Shown here piece by piece: positions 37,492 through 47,174 of a DNA stretch of 64,000 bases (the stretch's first letter is position 1; each line of letters starts with the position of its first letter). The notes beneath the pieces are model-generated. The model was not told the origin of the DNA. It did no database searches and worked only from the letters and a program-made list of their open reading frames with translations. This stretch comes from an uncultured Methanobrevibacter sp. (GTDB lineage: Archaea > Methanobacteriota > Methanobacteria > Methanobacteriales > Methanobacteriaceae): positions 35,500 through 99,499 of the forward strand of contig NZ_ONER01000001.1 in assembly GCF_900316895.1 (NCBI RefSeq), given 5' to 3'. A program made the translations under genes and the position numbers.

Positions 37492-38175
37492 TTAATCATA
37501 AAATTTGCCTAAGAAATCTTTCATTCTCTGATTGTCAGATGAGAAAACCTCATCAGGTGTGCCTTCCTCTACAATAACTCCGCCATCCATAAAAATAATT
37601 GTATCGGCGACGTTACGGGCAAAGGCCATTTCGTGAGTTACAATAACCATTGTCATATGCTCAGCGGCAAGCTCTTTAATAACTGTCAAGATTTCACCAG
37701 TAAGTTCCGGATCAAGCGCTGAAGTTGGTTCATCAAAGAACAGAATATCAGGATTCATTGCGAGAGCACGGGCAATTGACACACGTTGCTGTTGACCACC
37801 AGACAACTCACAAGGGTAAGCATCTTCCTTGTCTTCCAAACCCATTTTTCTAAGCAAATCTCTTGCGTGGGCAAAAACTTCTGTTTTGTCCCTTTTTTGA
37901 ACACGCATAGGTGCATTGGTAATGTTCTTCATCACAGAGTGATGTGGGAACAGGTTAAAGTTTTGGAACACCAGTCCAAAAGTTCCTTCAAAATTAATTT
38001 CTCCACTGTCTTCGGTTTCCAAATCGGTAATGCATCTAAGCAGGGTGGACTTTCCAGAACCGGATGGTCCGATAATAGCTAAAACTTCACCTTTTTCAAC
38101 ACTTAGAGATATATCCTTCAAGACCACATTATCATCAAAACTTTTCTTAAGATTTTTAACTTCAAGTAAACTCAT
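37492..38175 (-). CDS. Polar amino acid ABC transporter ATP-binding protein
   Basis: Walker [10 protein letters not shown], signature [15 protein letters not shown], Walker [14 protein letters not shown]-loop VTHEM. Confidence 0.9.
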   Translation of the reverse strand: MSLLEVKNLKKSFDDNVVLKDISLSVEKGEVLAIIGPSGSGKSTLLRCITDLETEDSGEINFEGTFGLVFQNFNLFPHHSVMKNITNAPMRVQKRDKTEVFAHARDLLRKMGLEDKEDAYPCELSGGQQQRVSIARALAMNPDILFFDEPTSALDPELTGEILTVIKELAAEHMTMVIVTHEMAFARNVADTIIFMDGGVIVEEGTPDEVFSSDNQRMKDFLGKFYD

Positions 38176-38183
38176 TTTACCAC

Positions 38184-38834
38184 CTATTCATAATAGTCTA
38201 ATCTGTGTTCCAAGTGTTCCATTGCAAATGCCACTATTATATTAAATACATAATAGAATATACCCGCTACAAGCAATGCTGCAATTGAAGCATCAGCGGC
38301 TGCAATCTGTTTAGCTACAGTAAACATTTCTGGAATTGCAATTACAAAGGATAGTGAAGTATCTTTTACAAGTGTTATAACTTCATTAGTTACAGAAGGA
38401 AGAATTATCTTAAATACTTGAGGCAGAATGATTATAAAGAATGTTTCAAATTTTGAATAACCGAGTACTTGAGCAGCCTCATATTGTCCGCTGTTGATAG
38501 ATTCAATTCCTCCCCTATAAATTTCAGCAAAGTAAGCCGCATAATTCATAGTGAATGCGATAATGACCGCAATGAATCTGTAATCAGGCGATAGGCTCAT
38601 ACCTAATACATAGTATGGTGCAAAAAATACTACGATTAACTGTAACATTAACGGTGTACCTCTCATGATTGAGATATAAATTTTCATTAACCACCTTACA
38701 GGTGAAAACTTACTCATTCTTCCTCCGGCAATCAGTAAACCTAAAGGAAGAGAGAATAAGAGAGTAAGTAAAAATATCTCAATAGAGGTAACCATACCTC
38801 CAAGCAATTGTGAAATTACATTACTCAATATCAT
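38184..38834 (-). CDS. Polar amino acid ABC transporter permease
   Basis: About 5 TM segments. EAA loop [23 protein letters not shown]. Confidence 0.85.
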   Translation of the reverse strand: MILSNVISQLLGGMVTSIEIFLLTLLFSLPLGLLIAGGRMSKFSPVRWLMKIYISIMRGTPLMLQLIVVFFAPYYVLGMSLSPDYRFIAVIIAFTMNYAAYFAEIYRGGIESINSGQYEAAQVLGYSKFETFFIIILPQVFKIILPSVTNEVITLVKDTSLSFVIAIPEMFTVAKQIAAADASIAALLVAGIFYYVFNIIVAFAMEHLEHRLDYYE

Positions 38835-38865
38835 TTAAGAATTCTCCCTCTAAAACCAATTCAAT

Positions 38866-39696
38866 TTATTTTTGTATTAAAGCATCTTGGGAAATACCGT
38901 ATTTTTCAGCGATTTTTAAAACAGTACCATCTTTAAACATTTCATCTAAAGTTGATTGTACTTGATCTTTTAAATCAGTGTTTCCTTTTTTGAATCCGAC
39001 ACCATATTTCTCAGTGGTTATGTCTTGGTCCAATATTGAGAAAGCATCAGATTGGTTTTTGTTTTTGATGTCATATTCAGCAACACCAATATCCATAGCT
39101 ACAGCATCACATGCGCCGGATTCTAAATCCATAAATGCAGTGTTATAGTCAGCTACTTCGGTTAATGTTCCGAATTTGTCTGCAATAGTCTTGTTGTCAC
39201 CTTGAAGTGCTGCTAATGCAGATGAATCTTTTTGTGTTTCTACAGTTTTTCCTGATAAATCATCAATTGATGAAATGCCTGCGTCAGATTTGACAACGAA
39301 TACCTGTTTGTTGTCGAAGTATGGGTCAGACCATAAGTAGTCGTTTTCCCTTCCGTCAATGGTGAATCCGTTCCAAATACAGTCGATAGAACCAGAGTCT
39401 AATTCCGCATCCTTAGCATCCCAATCGATTGGTTGTGCTTTAAATGTCCAATTGTTTCTTTCACAAACTTCTTTTGCTAAATCTAAGTCGAAACCAGTAT
39501 AGTTTCCACTGTCGTCCTTAAATCCGTAAGGTGGGAATTCTGCATCGAATCCTACGATGAAAGTGCTTTCATCATTAGCGGTAGAATTTCCGGCGTCATT
39601 TCCTCCTAAAAAGTCAAATAAACCAGCGCTTGCAGTACCCATAACTAAGAAAGCTACTAATACTAAAGCAAATATAATACCTATCTTTTTATTCAT
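38866..39696 (-). CDS. Amino acid ABC transporter substrate-binding protein (family 3)
   Basis: Signal/anchor peptide. GFDAEFPPYGF...GFDLDLAKEV...DCIWNGFTI motifs typical of polar-amino-acid binding proteins. Confidence 0.85.
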   Translation of the reverse strand: MNKKIGIIFALVLVAFLVMGTASAGLFDFLGGNDAGNSTANDESTFIVGFDAEFPPYGFKDDSGNYTGFDLDLAKEVCERNNWTFKAQPIDWDAKDAELDSGSIDCIWNGFTIDGRENDYLWSDPYFDNKQVFVVKSDAGISSIDDLSGKTVETQKDSSALAALQGDNKTIADKFGTLTEVADYNTAFMDLESGACDAVAMDIGVAEYDIKNKNQSDAFSILDQDITTEKYGVGFKKGNTDLKDQVQSTLDEMFKDGTVLKIAEKYGISQDALIQK

Positions 39697-39710
39697 TTTA
39701 AAACACCAAA

Positions 39711-39747
39711 ATAGTTATAACTATACAGTAGAAATTTTTATCTACTG
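39711..39747. promoter_or_regulatory. Two adjacent palindromes in the leader/promoter of the ABC importer operon
   Basis: Perfect 14-bp palindrome atagttataactat (39711-39724) and a 7-bp-stem inverted repeat cagtaga-N8-tctactg (39726-39747), 15-50 nt upstream of the SBP start codon. Confidence 0.25.
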
Positions 39748-39836
39748 ATGTTATATTTATTTAATTAAATATATTAATGTAATTGTTAATTGTTCAAACA
39801 AAATTAATAATTTAATACCGAAAACTAGAAGAAAGA

Positions 39837-41213
39837 CTACTTTTTATTTCTAATGTCCCTTAATGGTTTTGTCAATTTCCAAGAGTTTGATGACAATATA
39901 TCCTCATTAAGTTCTTTTAATGCCTCATTTTCAGCTTTTAATTTGGAATTTTTCTTAAACTCGAAATCATATAATTGGTTGAGAGCCGTCAGTCTCTGTG
40001 CAAAATAATCCTCATTAACGGAGCAGTTTTCATCCTTAAAGCCATGATCCTCAAGAATATTAATCAATTGAGTCCTGCAAGAGTTAAAATCTCTAATATC
40101 TGATTTGTATTTTACATCAAACTTGGACAATGCACTTCCATTTTCATAAAAGGCCCAAATATCCCTTGAAGAGCCCAGATAGTCTGAAATCTTTGAAGGC
40201 AAATATGGATTATATGGCCAAACACCATCAGTTACCACATCATTGACCATCAATACATCAAATTTGGTTGTGGCATTTAAAAATTCAAAATAATCCAAAG
40301 GTTTTTTAACAATGAAACTGTCACGTGAAGATAAAGTGGAAATCAGTTTCTTCATTAAGGACACATCCTTAATGAACAGATAAATCCTGATTTTGTCCTT
40401 AAATTTATGATTTAAAGATTCAATTGAATAAAATAAGCTTTCAAAATGTCTTTGGCCATAATAATCACGACCAAAATAAGCCATATTAATATAATTTTCA
40501 TTCAAATCCAGTTCAGCGGATTGGACATGATAATATTTCTCATCCAAAGTCGGATGCCTTTCAATCACGCTTTTTTTAAGGGCAAATTCTTGAACATCTT
40601 CTGGAAATTGATTAAGCATTGCATTCCTTTGATTTTCATTAGTGAAAACCAATTTGTCTGCAAATAAATATGTAAGATACTCTGCAAGGAAAAAAACAGA
40701 AGATCTATTTTCAATCAATGGAAATTCACAATTGTTTTTCTCGTTAAGCCCAATAATATGTCCATTAACCTCATCCACATAGTCTGGATTGTCAATGAAG
40801 AATTTCTTATTATTTCTGATTTTATTTGAAATGTTTAAAATTAAAGGGTCTGAAAACTCCGCAGTCCAAAAAACATCAGGATTTGAAAACTTATATTCTA
40901 GAGCTATGAAATGATTGTTTGCAATCCATGATCTTGAATAAATCTTTGCATAATCCTTTTCTATTAGATTCATGGAGTCTTCAAGTGATTTGAAAACACA
41001 TTCTGGAGTATCCAGTTCACAGCCAATGTCCAAAAAAATTCTGTCATTGATATATTGATTAAAAATACCCAAATCTTCAACAGGCAATTCCAATTTAGCC
41101 TGAAAAACATCAACCGGTTTTTTATTATTTAATATTCTTTTAAAAACATTTATTCCAGATACATAATCAGAAGGTGGAAATAATAAAGAAATAACTAACT
41201 CATCACTATCCAT
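39837..41213 (-). CDS. Hypothetical protein (possible GT-B-like enzyme) with C-terminal coiled coil and SWKLTKPLR tail
   Basis: 458-aa ORF with an ATG start. The C-terminus is KLKAENEALKELNEDILSSNSWKLTKPLRDIRNKK. I do not recognise the N-terminal domain. Confidence 0.55.
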   Translation of the reverse strand: MDSDELVISLLFPPSDYVSGINVFKRILNNKKPVDVFQAKLELPVEDLGIFNQYINDRIFLDIGCELDTPECVFKSLEDSMNLIEKDYAKIYSRSWIANNHFIALEYKFSNPDVFWTAEFSDPLILNISNKIRNNKKFFIDNPDYVDEVNGHIIGLNEKNNCEFPLIENRSSVFFLAEYLTYLFADKLVFTNENQRNAMLNQFPEDVQEFALKKSVIERHPTLDEKYYHVQSAELDLNENYINMAYFGRDYYGQRHFESLFYSIESLNHKFKDKIRIYLFIKDVSLMKKLISTLSSRDSFIVKKPLDYFEFLNATTKFDVLMVNDVVTDGVWPYNPYLPSKISDYLGSSRDIWAFYENGSALSKFDVKYKSDIRDFNSCRTQLINILEDHGFKDENCSVNEDYFAQRLTALNQLYDFEFKKNSKLKAENEALKELNEDILSSNSWKLTKPLRDIRNKK

Positions 41214-41257
41214 AATTTTAATTTATTTAATAAGATTAATAAAATTTTAGAAAAAAT

Positions 41258-42355
41258 TCAAACCTTCCTCTTAAGGCTGTCAAGAATCTTTCTGAAAGTA
41301 CTCTTAGGAGCCTGATTTTTTTTGGTTGATGGTTCGCTTTTTGATTTCTGATTTTTTTTACTCATTTTTAAGTCAAAATCATTTACAGATGATTCAAATT
41401 CATGATAGTCATCGGAATTTATGGCCCTTTCAAAAATCAAAAGACTCCTCTCGGAGCATATTTCAAGAGTTCCATTTTCCTCCAGCTCTTCCTTATAATT
41501 AGCAAAACTAGCTTTCATCTTATTGAAATAGTTCTCTTTATACTCCTCGCTAAGCAATTTGAATCTGTGAAACAAATCAAAGCATTGCCTGTCAAATATA
41601 AGACAGCTAAATTCATCATATTTGCCTATGCCTTTTATAAATTCGATTATCTTGTCGTATATCACTATGCAATCGGAAAATTTTGAATAATAGGAATTGG
41701 TAATTGAATCAGGGCGTATTCTTCTGTAATAAAAATAATCATCATAGAAATAAGCCCGGTTGGCCTTGAGAATAACCTTGATGAAAAACAAATTGTCCTC
41801 AAATATTAGGCCTTCAGGAAATGAAATATCTGCTATCAATTCCCTCTTAAAGAGTTTTGATGTTGCGGTGACTGAAATATCAAAAATACGCGGTTTTATC
41901 TGAACCCAGTTGAAAACCTCATCTTTAACCATGTCCTTTAAAAATTTCATGTCAAAATATTCGCTGCGGGATTCCTTTCTGGTTTTGTTATTGAAATTTA
42001 TTATTTTAAAAAAGACCAAATCCAAATTGTTCTCAATGGCCTGATTGTAAAGCTTTTCAAGGGTATCTGATTTCAAATAGTCATCGGAATCCAAAAACAG
42101 AACATATTCCCCTTGAGCAACATTTAAACCGGCATTTCTGCTTGCTGCAAGACCACTGTTTTTCTGAGAAAAAACCTGTACTCTATTGTCCTTTTTCTCA
42201 TAATCCTTCAATATTTCTAAAGAAGCATCCGTTGAGCCATCATCAATACATATAAGTTCAAAATCTGCCAATGATTGATTCAATACGCTATCTATACATT
42301 CATTCAAGTAATCCTGAGTATTATAAACCGGAACAATAACTGAAACTTTTATCAA
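41258..42355 (-). CDS. GT2 glycosyltransferase
   Basis: IKVSVIVPVYNTQDYLNECIDSVLNQSLADFELICIDDGSTDAS...FLDSDD. TTG start (no ATG available). Basic C-terminal tail. Confidence 0.85.
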   Translation of the reverse strand: MIKVSVIVPVYNTQDYLNECIDSVLNQSLADFELICIDDGSTDASLEILKDYEKKDNRVQVFSQKNSGLAASRNAGLNVAQGEYVLFLDSDDYLKSDTLEKLYNQAIENNLDLVFFKIINFNNKTRKESRSEYFDMKFLKDMVKDEVFNWVQIKPRIFDISVTATSKLFKRELIADISFPEGLIFEDNLFFIKVILKANRAYFYDDYFYYRRIRPDSITNSYYSKFSDCIVIYDKIIEFIKGIGKYDEFSCLIFDRQCFDLFHRFKLLSEEYKENYFNKMKASFANYKEELEENGTLEICSERSLLIFERAINSDDYHEFESSVNDFDLKMSKKNQKSKSEPSTKKNQAPKSTFRKILDSLKRKV

Positions 42356-42423
42356 AATTCAAACAACCCTGAAACTCTTTAATTAATATTATGTTTTTGG
42401 AATTAAAAAAATTATTGAATTTT

Positions 42424-42456
42424 AAAAAAAAATAAAAAAAGTTGATTAACCAACTT
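42424..42456 (-). terminator. Hairpin plus long oligo-T terminator after adhesin-like gene
   Basis: Minus strand reads AAGTTG-GTTAAT-CAACTT (overlaps the stop codon) followed by TTTTTTATTTTTTTTT. Confidence 0.55.
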
Positions 42457-44350
42457 ATTTAATTCTGACATAAAACTTGCTGTTTACATTATACTTGCTA
42501 TTATTTAAGATAACATTAATCTTATGGAGTCCTTTAGATAGATTTTTGGTCTTTATTTTAAAGATGCCTTTTGAATTGGATTTTAGGACAAATGTCTTGT
42601 ACTTTTTGCCTGTAAAAACTTTAACTTTGAATTTTGTCTTTTTGATAAGCTTTTTGGTTGCCTTGTTTTTTGCTGTAACGGCTATTTTTGAACCTTTTTT
42701 AACTTTCTTGTCATATTTGAACTTGGCTGAATCCTTGATTTTGGTTATTGACTGAACAAATCCCACACCATTTTTCATGGAAATCTTAATGTATTTTTTA
42801 GCTATTTTGACCTTTGAAGGAACAGTTATAGTTAATTGGCCTTTAGAATTTGTTTTCAGCCATTTGCTGGTATACTTATTCTTGCTGCTGATTTTGATTT
42901 TGATTTTCTGTGCCAGGGACACCTTCCAAGGGGAAGTAATTTTAATCTTTATTTTTAGATTCTTTGCATCCTTTGTGGAGTATGTGATTTTGACTAAAAA
43001 TGCTCCATAAACATTTACACCAGCAGGAGCTGTATTTTTAGAATATTTACATCCTACAGAGCAAATGTCAGTATTTTTAGAGTATATAGCTCCACCTTTT
43101 TCGTTTGCAATATTTCTGGCAAATCCTGAGTTGACAACTGAACTGTGGTCGCTGTTGATATAGATTGCACCACCATTATTAGCTGAATTGTCACCAAAAC
43201 TTGAATCGGAAACTTTTATGGAACCATATTTTGAATATATGGCACCTCCATAAGTTGCAGCATCATTAAAATAGAATTTGCAGTTGGAAATCTCTGTCAC
43301 TCCATATCTTGAAGCTATTGCTCCGCCATAACTGGAAGCCTTGTTTCTCATGAAAACGCAATCCTTCACTATGGCATTTGACAGATAGTTGTCATCAAAA
43401 ACCTTTATATTGATTGCTCCACCGGTGACTGCCGAATTATCTTCGAATCTGCAATTTTCAACCAGAGAATATTCTGCAGTATCAATCTCTAAAACTCCAC
43501 CTGAATGGGTAATATGGTTATTTCTGAAAACGGAATTTAGAAATTCGCCCCTACCCAGTTCATCCAAATAAATCACTCCACGATTTGTAGAGGTATTATT
43601 CTCAAATAGGGTGTTATTAACCATTATTGTACTTAAGTTGACTGTGACATCATCATAAGTGACCAGCAGGATTGTAGCAAGAAATGCTTTATTCTTTAAA
43701 AATTTAGAGTCGGATATTCTTAGATTGGAACCTATACGGACACAGATTGCACTGCCCATTCCGCACTTATAGCTATCCCAGGCCAGATTACTGACACGGG
43801 TACTTGTGTTATTGGCAAATGTACAATTATAGATTTCAACATTTGTTCCAACCCGAGCATTTAATGCCCCACCGTCTGAATTGTAAACACGATTATTGTC
43901 AAAAATACAATCATAAAGTGTAAGATTTGAGGTTTTATTTAAAAACACTGCACCTCCACTATTTTCGCTATAACCGTTTTTAAAAGTAATATTTTTCAAA
44001 ATCACACTACAATTTGAACCAATGAACAGGCATCGGGAAACCCCTCCTCCATCTATGTATGCATTGTTCTTCCCAATTATGGTAATGTTTCGGGATATTG
44101 AAACACCATCAATTAATGATTCATCAGAAGCTGAATTATATTCAAAGCTTTCATTTAAAACTAATGTGGAACCCTCTTCTGTATCATTTACTAGAATTTG
44201 TAAATCTGAATATGTTTTTACAGTGGAATTACCTGCATCAGCAGTGATATTGGCATTATCAATATCCATTGCCTGAATTGAGCCAACACTCAACAATATT
44301 AAAAGCAATAGCGCCAATACCAGAAAGCTTTTTTTCATAAAATTAATCAA
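42455..44350 (-). CDS. Adhesin-like protein (signal peptide, GGAI/FxxN beta-helix, Lys-rich C-terminus)
   Basis: Closest paralog of 3557..5509, with the same order of motifs and the C-terminal KKLIKKTKFKVKVFTGKKYK. TTG at 44350 has AGGTG 5 nt upstream; the ATG at 44338 is an alternative start. Confidence 0.85.
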   Translation of the reverse strand: MINFMKKSFLVLALLLLILLSVGSIQAMDIDNANITADAGNSTVKTYSDLQILVNDTEEGSTLVLNESFEYNSASDESLIDGVSISRNITIIGKNNAYIDGGGVSRCLFIGSNCSVILKNITFKNGYSENSGGAVFLNKTSNLTLYDCIFDNNRVYNSDGGALNARVGTNVEIYNCTFANNTSTRVSNLAWDSYKCGMGSAICVRIGSNLRISDSKFLKNKAFLATILLVTYDDVTVNLSTIMVNNTLFENNTSTNRGVIYLDELGRGEFLNSVFRNNHITHSGGVLEIDTAEYSLVENCRFEDNSAVTGGAINIKVFDDNYLSNAIVKDCVFMRNKASSYGGAIASRYGVTEISNCKFYFNDAATYGGAIYSKYGSIKVSDSSFGDNSANNGGAIYINSDHSSVVNSGFARNIANEKGGAIYSKNTDICSVGCKYSKNTAPAGVNVYGAFLVKITYSTKDAKNLKIKIKITSPWKVSLAQKIKIKISSKNKYTSKWLKTNSKGQLTITVPSKVKIAKKYIKISMKNGVGFVQSITKIKDSAKFKYDKKVKKGSKIAVTAKNKATKKLIKKTKFKVKVFTGKKYKTFVLKSNSKGIFKIKTKNLSKGLHKINVILNNSKYNVNSKFYVRIK

Positions 44351-44520
44351 ATTAACACCTTAATTCATACAATTAAATTTATTATAACCTTTATGTATCT
44401 CCTCATATAAAAGTTATTTGGAAAAAATAAGCGTTAAAAAATCCCATTTGTCATTTTTTCCATATTTTTTCGACAATTCTTTTGATGCCTGCCGTTCAAT
44501 GATTACAAAAAATTAGTGGA

Positions 44521-45837
44521 TTATTTTAAAAATGATTTATACTGCTTTTTAACAAAATTCTTAATCCTTTTTTTAGAAGATACCTTATTGCGATTCATAA
44601 TATAGTTTATAACATTATCGGCGGATTTTCCGTCATGAATTGAGCAAAACTGATTATAAAACTCTTCATAAAATGGAGCGTCACGAACATCCAAGTTTTC
44701 ATAAAGCTCCTCTTCGCTTTTACAGAGTATGCCACAGTTGACTTTTCTGATATCAAAATAAACCCCTTTTATGAAAGTTTCATATTTTTCCAAATCGGGG
44801 ACAAAATAAATTACAGGCTTTTTGCTGCAATACCAGTCAAAAACAATGGAAGAATAGTCTGTGACTAAAATATCCGCAGCACACATCAGCTCAATTGCAT
44901 CATCCCAATCGCTGACATCAATGACGTTTTCACCCATATCGTCTAAAGATTCATTTATTACGCTCATATGATGAGTTCTAATCAATAGAACAGAATCATC
45001 AGGGGCATTATCCAAAAATTTAACCGGATCCAACATCAAATCAAATATGAATTTTGAATGGCTTAAGGCATTGTCCCTGTTGTTTCTCCATGTAGGAGCA
45101 TACAAATAAACTAAAGTATCAGGAGCAATGTTCAATTTATTTCGGATTTCATTTCTTTTAGACTCATATCTTTCATTATCATAAAAGATATCGTTGGCGG
45201 GATAGCCTGATTCAAGAATTTTACCGGTATATCTGAAACAGGACTTGAATCTTTCAGTGGAGTAGTGATTTGGACTCAACAGCACGCTCCAACCGGTAGA
45301 CTTTACATAAAAGTGAGGTGCGGTCTTACCTTTTTTGAAATATTCCAAATCCACATCCCAATGCATCTTTTTATAAGGTGTCCCATGCCAGGTCTGCAAA
45401 TAAAAGGTTTCATCCCTTAAATACCAAATGGGAAAGAGAGTATTGTTTATTACAACAGAAGCCTTGGCAAGATACCTGTAATATTCATCAGACCCCCTGT
45501 CTACAACAATGGGATTTCCAGGAATAATGCTTTTATCACCGTCATATGACCAAATATAAGTGTAATCAGGATAGAGTTCCAGCATTCTCTCATAGATATA
45601 TCTTGGATTTCCAGTATATTGTCTTGCCAGATTACTTTCAAAAAAGAAGGTTTTTTCATCGGTTTTGTATTCCTTACAGGCTTGCTTATATACTTTAGGA
45701 ACACCATACCTTCTATATTTGGCGACTTCATTGAATAATTCTGGATGATCTAAAAATAATTCATTTTCCAAATCCTTTTTAGTTTTATCGCCCAAATATC
45801 TGGAAAAATTCTTCTGTAAATCCTTATATTTACTCAT
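44521..45837 (-). CDS. TagF-like CDP-glycerol glycerophosphotransferase
   Basis: QTWHGTPYKKMH, LYAPTWRN, VTDYSSIVFDWY. RBS GGTG before the ATG at 45837. Confidence 0.85.
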   Translation of the reverse strand: MSKYKDLQKNFSRYLGDKTKKDLENELFLDHPELFNEVAKYRRYGVPKVYKQACKEYKTDEKTFFFESNLARQYTGNPRYIYERMLELYPDYTYIWSYDGDKSIIPGNPIVVDRGSDEYYRYLAKASVVINNTLFPIWYLRDETFYLQTWHGTPYKKMHWDVDLEYFKKGKTAPHFYVKSTGWSVLLSPNHYSTERFKSCFRYTGKILESGYPANDIFYDNERYESKRNEIRNKLNIAPDTLVYLYAPTWRNNRDNALSHSKFIFDLMLDPVKFLDNAPDDSVLLIRTHHMSVINESLDDMGENVIDVSDWDDAIELMCAADILVTDYSSIVFDWYCSKKPVIYFVPDLEKYETFIKGVYFDIRKVNCGILCKSEEELYENLDVRDAPFYEEFYNQFCSIHDGKSADNVINYIMNRNKVSSKKRIKNFVKKQYKSFLK

Positions 45838-45851
45838 ATTCACACCAATAA

Positions 45852-47159
45852 TTACTTATGAATCTTTTTATAGACTTTTCGAATAAATTTATCAACTTTA
45901 GATTTGAATGGAACTTTAGATTTTTCAATGCAATAATCAATTACCCTATCTGCAGAATAACCATCATGAAATTCACAGAACTCCTTATAGAAATCCTCAT
46001 AAAATGGAGCATCACGTACATCCAGGTTTTCATACAGCTCCTCTTCACTTTTACAGATTACGCCACAATTCACCTCAGTGATATCAAAATAAACTCCCCT
46101 AATTTTATTTTCATATCTTTCCAAATCGGGAACAAAATAAATTACAGGCTTTTTGCTGCAATACCAATCGAAAACAATGGATGAATAATCAGTAATCAAA
46201 ATATCTGCAGCACACATCAGCTCAATTGCATCATCCCAGTCACTAACGTCAATAGCTCTGCCTTCCAGATTACCTAATGCATCAGATGATGCGCTCATAT
46301 GATGGCTCCTAATCAATAAAATGGAATCTTCAGGAGCATTATCCAAAAATTTGACCGGATCAAGCATCAAATCAAATTTAAACATTGAATGACCAATATG
46401 GCCCCCATCTCTCCATGTAGGCGCATATAAATAAACCAGCGCATCTTGGGAAATATTCAATTTTTTACGGATTTCCATTCTTTTAGATTCATATTTCTTA
46501 TCGTTATAAAAAATATCATTTGCAGGATAGCCATATTCCAAAATCTTTCCCTTATACTTAAAACATGACCGAAATTTTAGAGTGGAATAATGATTCGGAC
46601 TTAATAATGCATTCCAACCGGTAGATTTTGCATAAAAGTGAGGAGATGAACGCTTATGAGGATTTGTATTATTCTCCCTATCCCAATGCATCTGCTTATA
46701 AGGTGTTCCATGCCAAGTTTGAAAATAAAATGTTTCCGGCCTGTGGTACCAATTAGGAAATGTTGTATTATTGATTATGACTGCTGCCTGAGCCAAATAT
46801 TTATAAAATTCATTTGAACCCCTTTTAACGACAATCGGATTTCCGGGAATAATGCTTTTATCTCCATTATATGACCAAACATAAGTGTAATCAGGATATA
46901 GCTCCAGCATTCTTTCATAAATGTATCTAGGATTACCGGTATACTGTTTTGCCAAATTACTCTCAAACAGGAATAGCTTTTCATTTACGGGAAACTTATT
47001 GCAGGCATTCCTATATCTCTTTGGCATTCCAAAATTCCTATATTTGGCGATTTCATTGAATAATTCAGGGTTAGAGTAAAATACTTCATTTTCCAATTCT
47101 TCTTTGGATTTATCTGCAAAATATTCTGATATCTCTTCTATTAAATCATTGTATCCCAT
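45852..47159 (-). CDS. TagF-like CDP-glycerol glycerophosphotransferase (tandem paralog)
   Basis: QTWHGTPYKQMH, LYAPTWRD, ITDYSSIVFDWY. Long stretches are near-identical to the downstream paralog at the nucleotide level. Confidence 0.85.
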   Translation of the reverse strand: MGYNDLIEEISEYFADKSKEELENEVFYSNPELFNEIAKYRNFGMPKRYRNACNKFPVNEKLFLFESNLAKQYTGNPRYIYERMLELYPDYTYVWSYNGDKSIIPGNPIVVKRGSNEFYKYLAQAAVIINNTTFPNWYHRPETFYFQTWHGTPYKQMHWDRENNTNPHKRSSPHFYAKSTGWNALLSPNHYSTLKFRSCFKYKGKILEYGYPANDIFYNDKKYESKRMEIRKKLNISQDALVYLYAPTWRDGGHIGHSMFKFDLMLDPVKFLDNAPEDSILLIRSHHMSASSDALGNLEGRAIDVSDWDDAIELMCAADILITDYSSIVFDWYCSKKPVIYFVPDLERYENKIRGVYFDITEVNCGVICKSEEELYENLDVRDAPFYEDFYKEFCEFHDGYSADRVIDYCIEKSKVPFKSKVDKFIRKVYKKIHK

Positions 47160-47174
47160 CCTAACACCGCCAAA

